A stretch of DNA of 64,000 nt. It comes from an uncultured Verrucomicrobiae bacterium. GTDB taxonomy: Bacteria; Verrucomicrobiota; Verrucomicrobiia; Chthoniobacterales; JAATET01. The position numbers and the translations under genes were made by a program. The stretch lies in NCBI GenBank assembly GCA_963719495.1, contig CAVRCI010000008.1, positions 32,001 to 96,000 on the forward strand. Direction: 5' to 3'. Below, one piece after another: positions 39,795 to 51,400 of this stretch; position 1 is the first letter of the stretch, and every line of letters begins with the position of its first letter. Below the pieces are notes generated by a model. The model saw only the letters and a program-made list of their open reading frames with translations. It ran no database searches and was not told the DNA's origin.

Positions 39795-40882
39795 GGCCCT
39801 TGCTCCGTCGGCGTGGCGGTCGATTCGCCCTCCAGAACGGTCACTTCCTGACCGCTCTCGAGTGACTCGTTGCCGCGGACGACGACGCGTTCTCCCTCTT
39901 CCAGACCGTCCAGGACGATGACCGTTTCCGCCATCCGGTCGCCGATCGTCACCGCTCGTTCGGTGACCCGCTCCGTGCCATCGGTTTGCTCGACGACCCA
40001 CGCGAGGGTCGAGCCATCGGGCCGCCGCACGATCGCGTCCCTCGGAACCGTGAGCGCATCCCCGCCGCCCGCGATCTGGAAGGTCGCGCGGCCCGACACG
40101 CCGGGAAGCATTGCCGGATGCGGCGTCTCGGCCTCGACGCGGACGAGAAATGTTCGCGCCACGACATCCTTCACGGGCACCCGCGCGATCACCCGGGCCG
40201 GGATCTCGACGTCCGGTTTCGAATCCAACCGCAGGGTGACCGGCGTGGCCTCGTCGATCACCGGATACAGCTCCTGCGGAGCCCGCACGTCGAAACGCAC
40301 CGCGTCGACTTCGACGAGTTCCAGCACGGGGACGCCCGTCTCGACCCACTCGCCGACCTCCGTCATTTTCTCGCCGATGACCCCGGAAAATGGCGCGACC
40401 AGTTGGTGGCGCGCCACGATCTCGGCCCGCTCCCGCCGGTCGATCTCAAGTTGACTGAACGCCGACATTTGCACGCGCAGGGCCGCCGAGCGCGCGTCGG
40501 ATTCCGTGCGGGGCAGTCCACCGCTGGCGGCCAACTTGCGGCCTTCGTCGTAGAGCCGTCGCGTCTCCGTGAGCTGCGCCTTCGCCTCGACGACCGCCTC
40601 GGTCGCGCGCTCCAGCGCCAGCTCGGCCAGCGCGGAATCCAGCTCCAGCACGACGTCGCCGCGCTCGACTTTGCTGCCCGCGTCGACGCTTACGGATCTG
40701 ACGAGTCCGGTCGTTCGGGCCGAGAGCGACGCCCGGCGTTCCGCGGTGACTCCGCCGGAGAGACTGATGGTTTCAGCCGCCGCCGAGCGCGTGACCGTTT
40801 GCACGGTCACCAAAGCCGAGTTCTCGGCACCGACGAGAAGACGGCTTCCCACGAACAACCAGACGAACCAGGCGGATTTCAC
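39791..40882 (-). CDS. RND efflux periplasmic adaptor (MFP)
   Basis: LSARTTGLV..V.VDAGSKVERGDVVLELD, LVAPFSGVI, VPRDAIV, GLEEGERVVVRG. Confidence 0.9.
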   Translation of the reverse strand: MKSAWFVWLFVGSRLLVGAENSALVTVQTVTRSAAAETISLSGGVTAERRASLSARTTGLVRSVSVDAGSKVERGDVVLELDSALAELALERATEAVVEAKAQLTETRRLYDEGRKLAASGGLPRTESDARSAALRVQMSAFSQLEIDRRERAEIVARHQLVAPFSGVIGEKMTEVGEWVETGVPVLELVEVDAVRFDVRAPQELYPVIDEATPVTLRLDSKPDVEIPARVIARVPVKDVVARTFLVRVEAETPHPAMLPGVSGRATFQIAGGGDALTVPRDAIVRRPDGSTLAWVVEQTDGTERVTERAVTIGDRMAETVIVLDGLEEGERVVVRGNESLESGQEVTVLEGESTATPTEQGP

Positions 40883-41047
40883 GGCGGTAGGTTAGGTCCG
40901 GCCCCACGCCGGCGCAACTGGCAGGATCGATCCGCCGCGACCAGCTCGGAAGTGGGGACCGCTCGCTCGAAGAGGCGACCGCCCCACCAATCGAACGGTA
41001 GGGCTGGTCGCGCCGCGCCAGCCCACTTCGCATTTCACCCGCCAACC

Positions 41048-41134
41048 ATGCCAAACGATCTCTTCCACCCCCGCACCTCCTTCGAGCAATTCGAGGAAGG
41101 CCCGCAGCTCGCCCCGGAGTTCGATGCCCGATGA
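41048..41134 (+). pseudogene. Remnant resembling the N-terminus of phosphoribosyl-AMP cyclohydrolase (HisI)
   Basis: MPNDLFHPRTSFEQFEEGPQLAPEFDAR* resembles the remembered HisI leader F..R.S..QVEEG..LAPKFDA.GLI; stops where the catalytic core should begin. Confidence 0.5.
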
Positions 41135-41312
41135 AGCTGAGGACGACGGCGGAATGGACGAGGAATCCGACGATTCCGACGACGAAGACTCTGGTTCCGA
41201 CGACGGTGGCGGCGAGGAAGAGTAATCGATCGACCCAATCATTCCGAACCCTTCACTCACTAATCCCAGGCTCATCCGCTCCACCGCCACCCGCCTTTCC
41301 TTCATCGCATCC

Positions 41313-41738
41313 TTGGCGCTGATCGCGTGGGTGGCCGTCACGTCTAACCGCGTCGTCCGCGCCGCGAATCAGCAGCGGGAAGCGTGGTCCGGGATCGACG
41401 TCCAACTCCGCAATCAGGCCGCCGGGAACCCGGCGCGCACGGACGCCGCCGAGAACGAGCGCTCCCACGGGATCACCCGACTGCTCGCCGTCGCGGAGGC
41501 TTACCCTGAGCTGAGGGCGAGCGAGGACTTCCGGACGCTCAACGCGCCGCTCACCGCCATCGAGGACGATTTGCAGTTCGCTCGGCGCTACCACAACGGG
41601 TCGGTCCGCGATTTTCGGAACCTTGCCGAGTCGTTTCCCGCGGTGTTGATCGCGGGCCCGTTCGGTATTCGGCCCGGGGAATTCTTTGAAGTCGATTCCG
41701 CGACCGAACGTCACGCTCCGGAAGTGCGCCTCGGATGA
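41313..41738 (+). pseudogene. lemA: LemA family gene, apparently internally deleted
   Basis: EAWSGIDVQL, LLAVAEAYPELRAS, IEDDLQFARRYHNGSV, FPAVLIA; the conserved KRR.DLIPNLV.TVKGY segment after DVQL is missing. Confidence 0.7.
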
Positions 41739-41869
41739 AGATCGTTCTTCGGATTCTCGTTACGTTCGCGTTCGGCCTGTCGGCGGCGGCGGCGGTTCCT
41801 TGGGCGGCGGCGGTGGTGGCGGCGGGGGAGCTTGGTAGCGATGGGTGCCAAGGTTTGGTGGCGAGGGTG

Positions 41870-42124
41870 GCTGCGATCCTCTTCGGGATCGGTCGGTTGC
41901 GGGGTTCCGAATCCGGGGATTCTCAATCCCCGGCTACCGTTGGTGGGATCCCGTTCGGGATCGGCTCTCCGCTAATGAAGACTTTCAGATGGCGGTGATT
42001 GGGAGGGCTTTTTGAAAACGCCCGCTTCGCTCTGATCCTGAACGGATCGCGGCTGCGGAAGCCGGGGGTTGAAAACCGCCGGATCTTCCCCGGTTGAGCT
42101 GGCCGATCCCGACGGGATCGCAGC
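41870..42124. repeat. Inverted pair of REP family B composites (BIME-like)
   Basis: gctgcgatcc..gggatc / ccggggatt..aatccccggc at 41870-41965; reverse-oriented copy ending gatcccgacgggatcgcagc at 42124. Confidence 0.7.
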
Positions 42125-42835
42125 ATTTCGTGCCAGGAGCTCCTTTCGGAGCGTGGGTGGACGTCGCTTGGAAGGCTGGTGTCGGGGCTGAAAATGGACT
42201 CGATCGCCAGCGTTCGCGGTGAGCCCACTTCACCGCCGTTGGCATTTTCCATGAGCCGTGTCCTCGTCGCGATGACCGATGCTATTCTGAAAAGCCTCGT
42301 CTGAGTTCGTTGATGCTTTTGCCCATTCGCTCGAGCTTCAAGATTGTTTCTCCGCTTTCATCGTTCAGAACTACCGAGCCCTCCGGCTTTAAAAGCGCGC
42401 CCTTCGAGAGATCAAGGAGGTGTCGCGCCAGGATTCCGTCGAGGGTCGCTTTGCCAAGTTGCTCGCCGGGGTCGAAAGGTTTGATCGTCCATCCCGACGA
42501 TCCTTCGGGCTTGATCGGGAAACTGATTGCGTAGGAGTGCGTCGGGATCCACAGAATCCCCGTTTTTCCAGCCGGATCGACTGAGAGAAATAGCGCGGAC
42601 TTTCCGTTTGATCGCCGAAAAAAGGTCGCGCGTCGGCCGGACCCGCGGGTGGAAAACTCTGGTCTTCGCCCGTTCGAATTCGTCGATCCCGAAGGCGACG
42701 GAGCACGGTCGCAATCCGTGAAATCGTTCGATTTTATAGAACAAAATTAAGTCATTCATCTATTGGAACTATGGATCGCGGTTTCCTATTCTGGGTGCGC
42801 AATCAGTCAATCAACTCAACTCTGACGACCCGCTC

Positions 42836-43798
42836 ATGGATTTTCTAACTTCTCTCTTCAACCCCGGCGTTCTCTTTTTCATTCTGGGGTTTGTCGCCGT
42901 GATCCTGAACTCGAACCTCGAGTTGCCGGAGCCCATCGTGAAATTCGTCAGCCTCTACCTGATGCTTTCCATCGGGTTCAAGGGCGGCGTCAGTCTGTCC
43001 GAGTCGTCGCTCTGGGGTGATGGCGTTCTCATGATTGGTATCGTGCTCGTGATGAGCGCGGTCGTGCCGATTTACGCTTACTACTTTTTCCGGAAGCGGC
43101 TGGGGATCGCGGACGCGGCGGCGATCGGGGCGACCTACGGTTCCAACAGCACGCTCACCTACATCACGGCGGCTGGTTTTCTGACGTCGATCGGGGTGGC
43201 TTACGAGGGTTACATGACGGTGGCGCTCGTCGTGATGGAGACGCCGGCCATCATTTTTGCGGTGGTGCTGGCGCAGGTCGCGATGAAGGGCGGGGCGAAA
43301 AAGCCGACCGGCCTCGTGATCCGTGAGGCGCTGACCGACGGGACGTTGCTGCTGATGGTCGGCAGCTTGGTGATCGGCTACGTGCTGAGCTTGATGGGAA
43401 CGGAGGAGTCGCCGCTGTCGACCTTCATCGGTGGGGACATGTTCACCGGGATGCTGGTTTTCTTCCTGCTCTACATGGGCATCGCGGTGGGGCGGAAGTT
43501 CAAGGAGATCGATTCGTTTTCGCCGGTGCTCGTGGTCTTCGCCATCGTGGCGCCGTTGCTGAACGCGGCGATTGCGATCTCGGCGTGCAAGTTTTTCGGG
43601 TTCGCGCACGGCGACTCGCTCCTGCTGACGATCCTTTGCGCTTCGTCGTCCTACATCGTGGCTCCGGCCATTTTGAAGGACACGTTGCCGGAGGCAAATC
43701 CGGCCAATTATCTGACGATGAGCATTGGAATCACCTTTCCGCTGAACATCGTGATCGGGATTCCGCTGTATTGGTGGGTGATCCAGAATTGGGTGTGA
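42836..43798 (+). CDS. Sodium-dependent bicarbonate transport family permease (SbtA/DUF897)
   Basis: LFFILG, SLYLMLSIGFKGG, DAAAIGATYGS, MET.PAI, ASSSYIVAPA, ITFPLNIVIGIPLY. Confidence 0.88.
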   Translation: MDFLTSLFNPGVLFFILGFVAVILNSNLELPEPIVKFVSLYLMLSIGFKGGVSLSESSLWGDGVLMIGIVLVMSAVVPIYAYYFFRKRLGIADAAAIGATYGSNSTLTYITAAGFLTSIGVAYEGYMTVALVVMETPAIIFAVVLAQVAMKGGAKKPTGLVIREALTDGTLLLMVGSLVIGYVLSLMGTEESPLSTFIGGDMFTGMLVFFLLYMGIAVGRKFKEIDSFSPVLVVFAIVAPLLNAAIAISACKFFGFAHGDSLLLTILCASSSYIVAPAILKDTLPEANPANYLTMSIGITFPLNIVIGIPLYWWVIQNWV

Positions 43799-43871
43799 TC
43801 GGCGACAAGGCGGTTTGGTCGTTCGTGAGGAATCAGGTGGACGCTCGCGCGGAACGCTTTAGCTTCCGGGA

Positions 43872-45332
43872 ATGCGTTTCCCGACAGTCGCCTTCATCCC
43901 GTTCTCCATCGCCGTAATTTTTGCGACCCCCGTTCGAGCCGCGACGGACTTCCAGACCTTTCAGCCAGCGACGACGGTTCTCGGGCAGACCTACTTCACG
44001 AATATTTCCGACTCCGCCGGTCTTCCCAACCGATTCGATGAGCCGGAAGGCGTTGCCGTCGATCCCACAACGGGAAAGGTTTTCATTTCCGACGCGGGAA
44101 ACAATCGGGTCCTTCGGTTCTCGAGTGCGGCGGCTCTCCAGATTGGCGCTAATCCTGAAGCCGTCATTGGACAGCCCAACTTTTCGAGTTTTGCTGCCAA
44201 CCAAGCGGGCCCGGCGTCGGCCCAGACCATGAGCTTTCCGTTCGGCATCACGGTGGACTCCCAAGGCCGACTTTGGGTTGCGGACAATAACAATAACCGG
44301 GTGCTGGGGTTCTTCGTGGCGTCATCGCTCGGCAATAATCCACCGGCCGACGTCGTGCTTGGGCAGCCGGATGCGGCCACCGTCACCAGTGGGACGTCAC
44401 CGATCAAAATGAACGACCCAGCCGGGGTCTTCGTCGGGCCGAACGATGAGCTTTGGGTGGCGGACTCCAATAACGATCGCGTTTTGCGTTTCGACGCGGT
44501 GACGGGCAAGACAACGGGCGATCCCGCCGACGGAGTTCTGGGTCAGCTCGATTTCGTCACCAATGGCGACGGAGTATCCGCGACAGAATTTAATGACCCG
44601 AATTCGCTTTTTGCCGATTCGGTAGGCCGACTTTGGGTGGCCGACACCTTCAACCACCGGGTCCTTCGCTTTGACGCCGCCGCCGGCAAGGTGAACGGTG
44701 CCGCGGCGGATGCCGTGGTGGGGCAACCCGACTTCGACACGAACGTATCCGGAACTTCGGCGCAAAAGTTCAGGACGACCTATGGAGTCTACTTCGACCC
44801 GCTCGGCAATCTGTGGGTGGGTGATTATAACAATGAGCGGGTCCTGCGATTCCCGGATGCTCTGTCCATCACGACCGGGGGCACGGCTGACTTGGTGCTC
44901 GGGAAGCCGAACTTCGCCGCGTCGAGCGGGTTGGCCAGCGCTCGAACCTTCGGCGGTCCCAGCCAGATCGCACCGGGGTCGGGGGGCTCGCTGCTCGTGG
45001 TCGACTATGATTTCAATCGTGTGCTGCGCTTCGATCCCATCAACACGCCCAACGCGCCCGAGCCCGTCGCGCCGACGGCCGGCATCAGCGTTCTCGGGAA
45101 GAAAAAGGTCTTCACGTCGGCCAAGCGCATTCGAATCAAGGGTCGGGCGGACGATGCGGTCCGGATCGAGTTCAAGGCAGGCAAGGGCGGATTCAAGAAC
45201 GCCAAGGGCAACGTCCGCCGGTGGAAAGTCACCCTTCGCCTGAAGTCCAGGCGCACCGTTCTCAAGGTTCGCGCGGTCAATGCGGATGGCGTGGTGACGC
45301 GACCGGAAAAGGTCGTGATTCTCCAGCGGTAG
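43872..45332 (+). CDS. Secreted NHL-repeat beta-propeller protein with basic C-terminal Ig-like domain
   Basis: Signal peptide; six repeats A..VLGQ.F...P.G..VD..G.LWVAD..N.RVLRF; Lys/Arg-rich last ~85 aa. Confidence 0.88.
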   Translation: MRFPTVAFIPFSIAVIFATPVRAATDFQTFQPATTVLGQTYFTNISDSAGLPNRFDEPEGVAVDPTTGKVFISDAGNNRVLRFSSAAALQIGANPEAVIGQPNFSSFAANQAGPASAQTMSFPFGITVDSQGRLWVADNNNNRVLGFFVASSLGNNPPADVVLGQPDAATVTSGTSPIKMNDPAGVFVGPNDELWVADSNNDRVLRFDAVTGKTTGDPADGVLGQLDFVTNGDGVSATEFNDPNSLFADSVGRLWVADTFNHRVLRFDAAAGKVNGAAADAVVGQPDFDTNVSGTSAQKFRTTYGVYFDPLGNLWVGDYNNERVLRFPDALSITTGGTADLVLGKPNFAASSGLASARTFGGPSQIAPGSGGSLLVVDYDFNRVLRFDPINTPNAPEPVAPTAGISVLGKKKVFTSAKRIRIKGRADDAVRIEFKAGKGGFKNAKGNVRRWKVTLRLKSRRTVLKVRAVNADGVVTRPEKVVILQR

Positions 45333-45452
45333 CCGGATTCGTCGCGTGTCTCGGTCCTGGCAGTAGGGGATTTCCCGATCTTGCCCGGGCGGGCCGATTT
45401 TTACGGATGAGCGCTTGGTGAAAACATTGGTTTCCTGATACACACCTCCGCG

Positions 45453-48400
45453 ATGGCGGAGCTTGAAGACGATGCGGACCGGTTTGCGATCATTGGGATC
45501 GGGTGTCGGTTGCCGCCGAGTGGGAATTCTCTCGCCGCGTTCTGGCGCTTTTTGATGAAGGGCGGGAACGCGCTGAAGCCGATCAAGTCGGACCGGTGGG
45601 ATTGGCGGCAGTATTGGGACGGGGATCCGGCGCGGCCCGGGAAGAGTTACGCGCCGAAGGCGGCCTGGCTGGATCAGGACATCAAGCAATTCGATCCGGG
45701 GGTATTCGGGATTTCGCCGCGGGAGGCAGCGTGCCTGGATCCGCAGCAGCGGTTGCTGCTGGAGTCGACGTGGGAGGCGTTCGAGGACGCGGGATTGCCG
45801 GTCGAGCGGATGGCGGGGTCGCGGACGGGGGTGTTCATCGGGGGATTTTGTCTCGACCACCTTTTGTCGCAGACGAAGGCGGCGAATCTGGCGCTGGTGG
45901 ACGCGCATTCGCCGGGTGGCGTGATGATGACGGTGCTGTCGAACCGGATCTCGCACGCGTTCGATCTGCGGGGGCCGAGTCTCACCCTGGACACGGCGTG
46001 TTCGTCGTCGTTGGTGGCGATTCATTACGCGTGTCAGAGCCTGCGGAGCGGCGAATCGGAGTTGGCGCTGGCGGGTGGGGTGAACGTGATGGGGCGGCCG
46101 GAATTCCCGGTGATCATGAGTAAGGGGCACTTCCTTTCCCACCACGGGGAGTGCCATGCCTTCGACGAATCGGCGGCGGGCTACGCGCGAGGCGAGGGGG
46201 CGGGGGTGTTTCTGATCAAGCCGTTGGCGAAGGCGCGGGCGGATGGTGATACGATTCACGCGGTGATCCGCGGGTCGGGGGTGAACTCCGACGGGCGGAC
46301 GGAGGGGCTTTCGCTGCCCAACGGCGACGCGCAGGGGCGGCTCATTCGGGAGGTTTACGAGCGGGCCGGGGTCGCGCCGAAGGACGTGGATTACGTCGAG
46401 GCGCACGGGACGGGGACGCAGGCGGGGGATCCGGCGGAGTTGGCAGCTCTGAACGCGAATTTTGGCACCGGGCGGGAAAGTCCGCTTTGGGTCGGGTCGG
46501 TGAAGACGAACGTGGGGCACCTCGAAGCGGCGGCGGGCGTGGCGGGGATGATGAAGGCGATCGGGGTGCTGAAATATCGGAAGATTCCGAAGAACCTTCA
46601 TTTCGAAAACCCGAATCCGAAGATCCCGTTCGACGATTACGCGCTGACGGTGGTCGCGGCGACGACGGACCTGCCGGGTGCGGACGAGAAGGCGACCTTG
46701 TTCGCGGGCGTGAACGGGTTTGGTTACGGGGGGACGAACGCGCACGTGTTGCTCGAATCGGCTCCGGCGGCGGTGGTGGCCGCGACGAATGGGGCGGCGG
46801 CGGAGGGCTTGCGGGTGGTGCCGTTCTCGGCGGCGGACGAGGGGGCGCTGCGGGATCTCGCGGGGAAGTTTGCGTTTTTGCTGGGCGGGGCGAAGGCGGG
46901 GTCGATGGACGATCTGGCTTACACGACGGCGTTTCGACGGAGCCATTTGCCGGTGCGGTGCGCGGCGGTTTGCGACGGCTTGGGGGCGTTGCGGGATCAG
47001 CTGATCGCGGCGTCGACCGGGCAGCCGGCGGACGGGCTGGTGATCGGATCGCGGGTGGCCGGGGCGGAGCGCGGGCTGGTTTTTGTTTTTACCGGGATGG
47101 GACCGCAGTGGTGGGCGATGGGGCAGGAGCTGATGCGGACGGAGCCGATCGTGGCGGCCACGGTCGACGAGGTGGACGCGGTGTTTCAGCCGCTCGCGGG
47201 GTGGTCGCTCGAGGCCGCGATGCTGGCGGGCGAGGCCGAGTCGCGGATGGCCCACACGGACCTGGCGCAGCCGGCGAATTTCGCGCTGCAGGTCGGGCTC
47301 TTTCGACTGTGGGAATCGCGGGGCATTCGGCCGGCGGCGGTGGTCGGTCACAGCGTCGGCGAGGTGTCGGCGGCTTACGTGGCGGGGGTTTACTCGATGG
47401 AGGAGGCCGTGCTGGTGAGCTATCACCGCAGTCGGCTGCAGCAGACGACGGCGGGGCTGGGGGCGATGCTGGCGGTCGGGTGTTCGGAGGACGAGGCGAA
47501 CAGCTGGATCGGGGATCGCGGCGGCGTTGCGGTGGCGGCGATCAATAGTTTTGGCGCGGTGACGCTGTCGGGGGATCGGGCGGAGTTGGAGACGATCGCG
47601 GCGGAGCTGGAAGCGGCGGGGATTTTCAACAAATTTTTACGCGTCGAGGTGGCGTATCACAGTCCGCAGATGGATCCGATCGAGGCGGAGCTGCTCGAGG
47701 TGCTCGCGCCGCTGAATCCGAAGCCGGCGACGCTGCCGCTCTATTCGACGGCGTATGGCGAGATCGTGGACGCGTCGCGGTGGGGCGCGGATTACTGGTG
47801 GCGGAACGTGCGGCACGCGGTGCGGTTCGCGGATGCGGCGAAGGGTTTGCTCGAAGCCGGGTTTGGGGCGTTTCTCGAGGTTGGGCCGCATCCGGTGCTC
47901 GGGAATGCGATCAAGGAATGCGCGGCGACGCTGGGTCGCGAGGCGACGGTGTTTTATTCGCTCAAACGCAAGGAGCACGAGGCGCGGCGGATGGCTCTTT
48001 CTCTGGCGGAGCTTTACGTGGCGGGGTTCGATCCCGACTGGAGCGCGGTCGCGCCGACGCACGGGCGGATGACGGCGGTGCCGACGTATCCTTGGAAACG
48101 GCAGACGCACTGGCTGGAGTCGGAGCGCTCGTTGCTGGAGCGGGTGGGTCGGAAGGGGCCGGTCTATCTGAATCGGCCGGTGCAGGGGAATCCGACGACG
48201 TGGGAGGTCGAAATCAACCGGAATTTCTTCCCGTTTCTCTTCGACCACGGCGTGCAGGATCAGACGGTTTTCGCGGGGATGGGATACGTCGAGGCGGCGC
48301 TGACGCTGGGCCGGGAGTGCCGGGGCGGCGAGGCGTTCATCCTGGAAAACGTGAGCTTCGAGCGCGTGCTGATCGTGGACAAGATGAAGATCCAGTGTCT

Positions 48401-51400
48401 GGTCAGTTCGTTCGACGCCGAGGGCGGGCGGTTTGCGATTTCCAGCCGGACGGACGGAGAAGCGGCGAGCATGGAGCTGCATTGCCGGGGGCGGATCCTG
48501 CCGCAAGCCGAGCCCATCGTGCCGCGGATCGACCTCGACAAATGGCGGGAGCGGTGCGGCGACGAGGTCGCGATTGCGACGCTTTACGAACATTTGGGCG
48601 GGCGGGGGCTGGAATACGGCGAGGCGTTTCGACCGGCGCTCGCGATGACGGTGGGGCCGGAGCGGTTCGTGATGAAGATCGACTCGGGCCGGGTCGCAAA
48701 GGAGACGGACCATTTGTTGCACCCGTCACTGTTCGACGCGGCCCTACAGGCGGTGCTTTACCGGGCGGGCGGAAAGCACCTTTTCGTGCCGTCGGGGTTC
48801 GAGCGGTTCGAGTATTTTGGGCGGCCGGGTGGCGACGTCTGCTTCGCCGTCGGGGAGCTGGTGGAAACGAGCGCGACGCGGATCGTGGCGCACGCGTGGC
48901 TGACCGACGAGGCCGGGAACGTCGTGGCACACGCGCACGGGATCGCGTTGCAGTCGATCGAGATGGGGGGCGCGGAGGCGGCGGGGGATCCGGTCTACGA
49001 GCTGGGGTGGAAAGTCGCGCCGCGCGATGCCGTGGAGGTGGGTCGGGGCGAGGGGATGGTGTTGGTCGCGGCGGTGGCGGGTGGTCTGATTGACGCGGTG
49101 GCGGAGCGGTTGCCGGAGGCGTGGGTTCGCGACGCCGGGTCGGTGGACGAGGCGTTGGCGGCGGGACGGAAGCGGTTCGTGGTTTTTGGCGGGAGCGACG
49201 AGACGGCGACGGGGCTGGCGGACGAGGCGGAGGCGGCGATCGAGTTGCTGCGGGCGCTCGCGGTTTCGGGTGTGGCTTGTGAGGTGACGTTCGCGACCGT
49301 GCGGGCGCGGGAGGTCGTCGATGGCGAGGGCGTTGCGAACCTGGGCGGGAGCGCGTTGGCGGCGCTGGGGATGGTGGCGGAGAACGAACACGCCGCGCTG
49401 ACGTGCCGTTCGGTCGATCTAGCGGACGCGGGGCCGGACGCGGCGGATTGTCTGGCGCGGGAGCTCGCGCTGGGTGGCGCGGACGTCGCTTATCGCGACG
49501 GGCAACGGTGGGAGTGCGCGCTGGGCGGGCGGCGATTCGAGGCGGCACCGGTGGCGCTGCGGTCGGTGAGTCTCGACGAGCCGGTGACGCTCACTTTCGA
49601 CGCGAAGGGGAAGTCGGGGTCGCTGGGATTCGAGTCGGTCGAGCGGCGGGAGCCGGGGGCGGGCGAACTGGAAATTCGAATCCAGCGGGCGGCGCTCAAT
49701 TACAAGGATCTGCTCAAGGTCGAAGGGAAGATCGATCCACTGGCGCTGGAGGGAACGTTCTGGGGGACGGGCGTGGGGATGGAGTGCGCGGGGGTCGTGA
49801 CGCGGGTGGGGGCGGAGAGCGCGTTTGCGGTGGGGGACCGCGTGCTCACGATTTTGCCGGGCGCGTTTCGGAGTTACGCCACGGTTCCGGCGACCTACGT
49901 GGTGCGGATTCCGGACGGGCTGGATTGCGATCTCGCGGGGGTATCGGTGGTTTACCTCACAGCTTACCGGGGGCTCGTGGACGTCGCGGGATTGGCCGCC
50001 GGGGAGCGGGTGCTCATTCATCACGGGACCGGCGGGCTGGGGCTGGCGGCGATCGGGATCGCGAAGTGGCGGGGCGCGGAGATTTTTGCGACGGCGGGCT
50101 CGGACGAGAAGCGGGCGATGCTGCGGGAACTCGGGGTGAAGCACGTGTATTCATCGCGGACGCTGGACTTCGGCGCGCGAATTCGCGCCGATACCGGCGG
50201 GGAGGGGGTCGACGTCGTGCTGAGCGCGCAGACGGGGCAGGCGATGCACGTGAGCCTCGGGTTGCTGCGGACGGGCGGGCGTTTTGTCGAGGTGGGCAAG
50301 AAGGACATCGCCGAGGACAACGGCCTGCCGATGCGGGCGTTCAATCGCAACCTGACGTTCGCGTCGGTGGACGTCGATCGGCTGTCGCTGGAGCGTCCGG
50401 ACTTGATGAGCGCGACGCTGCGGAAGGTGGTGGATCACTTTGCCGCCGGGGATTTTTCGCAGGGCTCGGTGACGACTTTTGCGGCGGCGGACGTGCGCGA
50501 CGCCTTCGAGTTGATCGCGCGCAGTCGGCACGTCGGAAAGGTGCTCGTCGATCTGGAAAACGGATCGGTCGAGGCGCGGGAATCGGCGGGCGAATCGCCG
50601 ATGATCCGGGCGGACGGGAGCTATCTCATCACCGGCGGAACGTCGGGATTCGGGCTGGCGAGGGCTCGGTGGATGGCGGCGCGAGGCGCGGGGCGGCTGG
50701 TGCTCGCAAGCCGTTCGGGGGCGTCGGCGGCGGGGATGGACGCGGTCGTGGCGGAGCTGGAGGCGGCGGGATCGGTGGTGGACGTCGTGTCGGTGGACGT
50801 GACGGATGCGGGCGCGGTGGCGGAGCTGGTCGCACGGGCCGGGGTGGACGGGATGCCGCTGCGTGGGGTGGTGCATGGCGCGATGGTGCTGGACGACGTG
50901 ATGCTGGCCGACGTGACGCCGGAGCGGTTCCGGCGGGTGTTCGCGCCGAAGGCGGGCGGGGCGGTCAACCTGGCGGCGGCGCTCGATGGGGCGGCGGACG
51001 GATTGGATTTCGTCGTCTTCGATTCGTCGGTCTCGGCGATCGTGGGGAATGCGGGGCAGACGAGTTACGTCGTGGCGAACGCGCTGCTCGACGCGTTGGC
51101 GCGGCGTTTGCGGGCGCGGGGCGTGCCGGCGGTTTCGATCAATTGGGGCGCGTTGGCCGAGTCGGGCGTGGTGGCGCGGGACGGGCGGCTGGGCGACGTG
51201 CTGGCGGCGGGCGGGATCACGGGATTGACCGACGCGGAGGCGTTCGACGCGATGGAGAAGGCGGCGCGGTCGGGGCGGGCGCAGGTGGGGGCCTTCAAGG
51301 TGGATTGGAAACGTTGGGCGGTGGCGAATTCGCGCCGGGCGGAGGATCCGCGTTTCCGGGCGTTGGTCCGGCAGGCGCGGGATGGCGAGGGGGGGGACGC

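Noticed and set aside
31670..40882. AI-2E transporter or RND pump as exporter of the putative PKS signal
   Set aside because: Opposite strand, 5-14 kb away, separated by unrelated genes; the AI-2E family name does not imply signal transport
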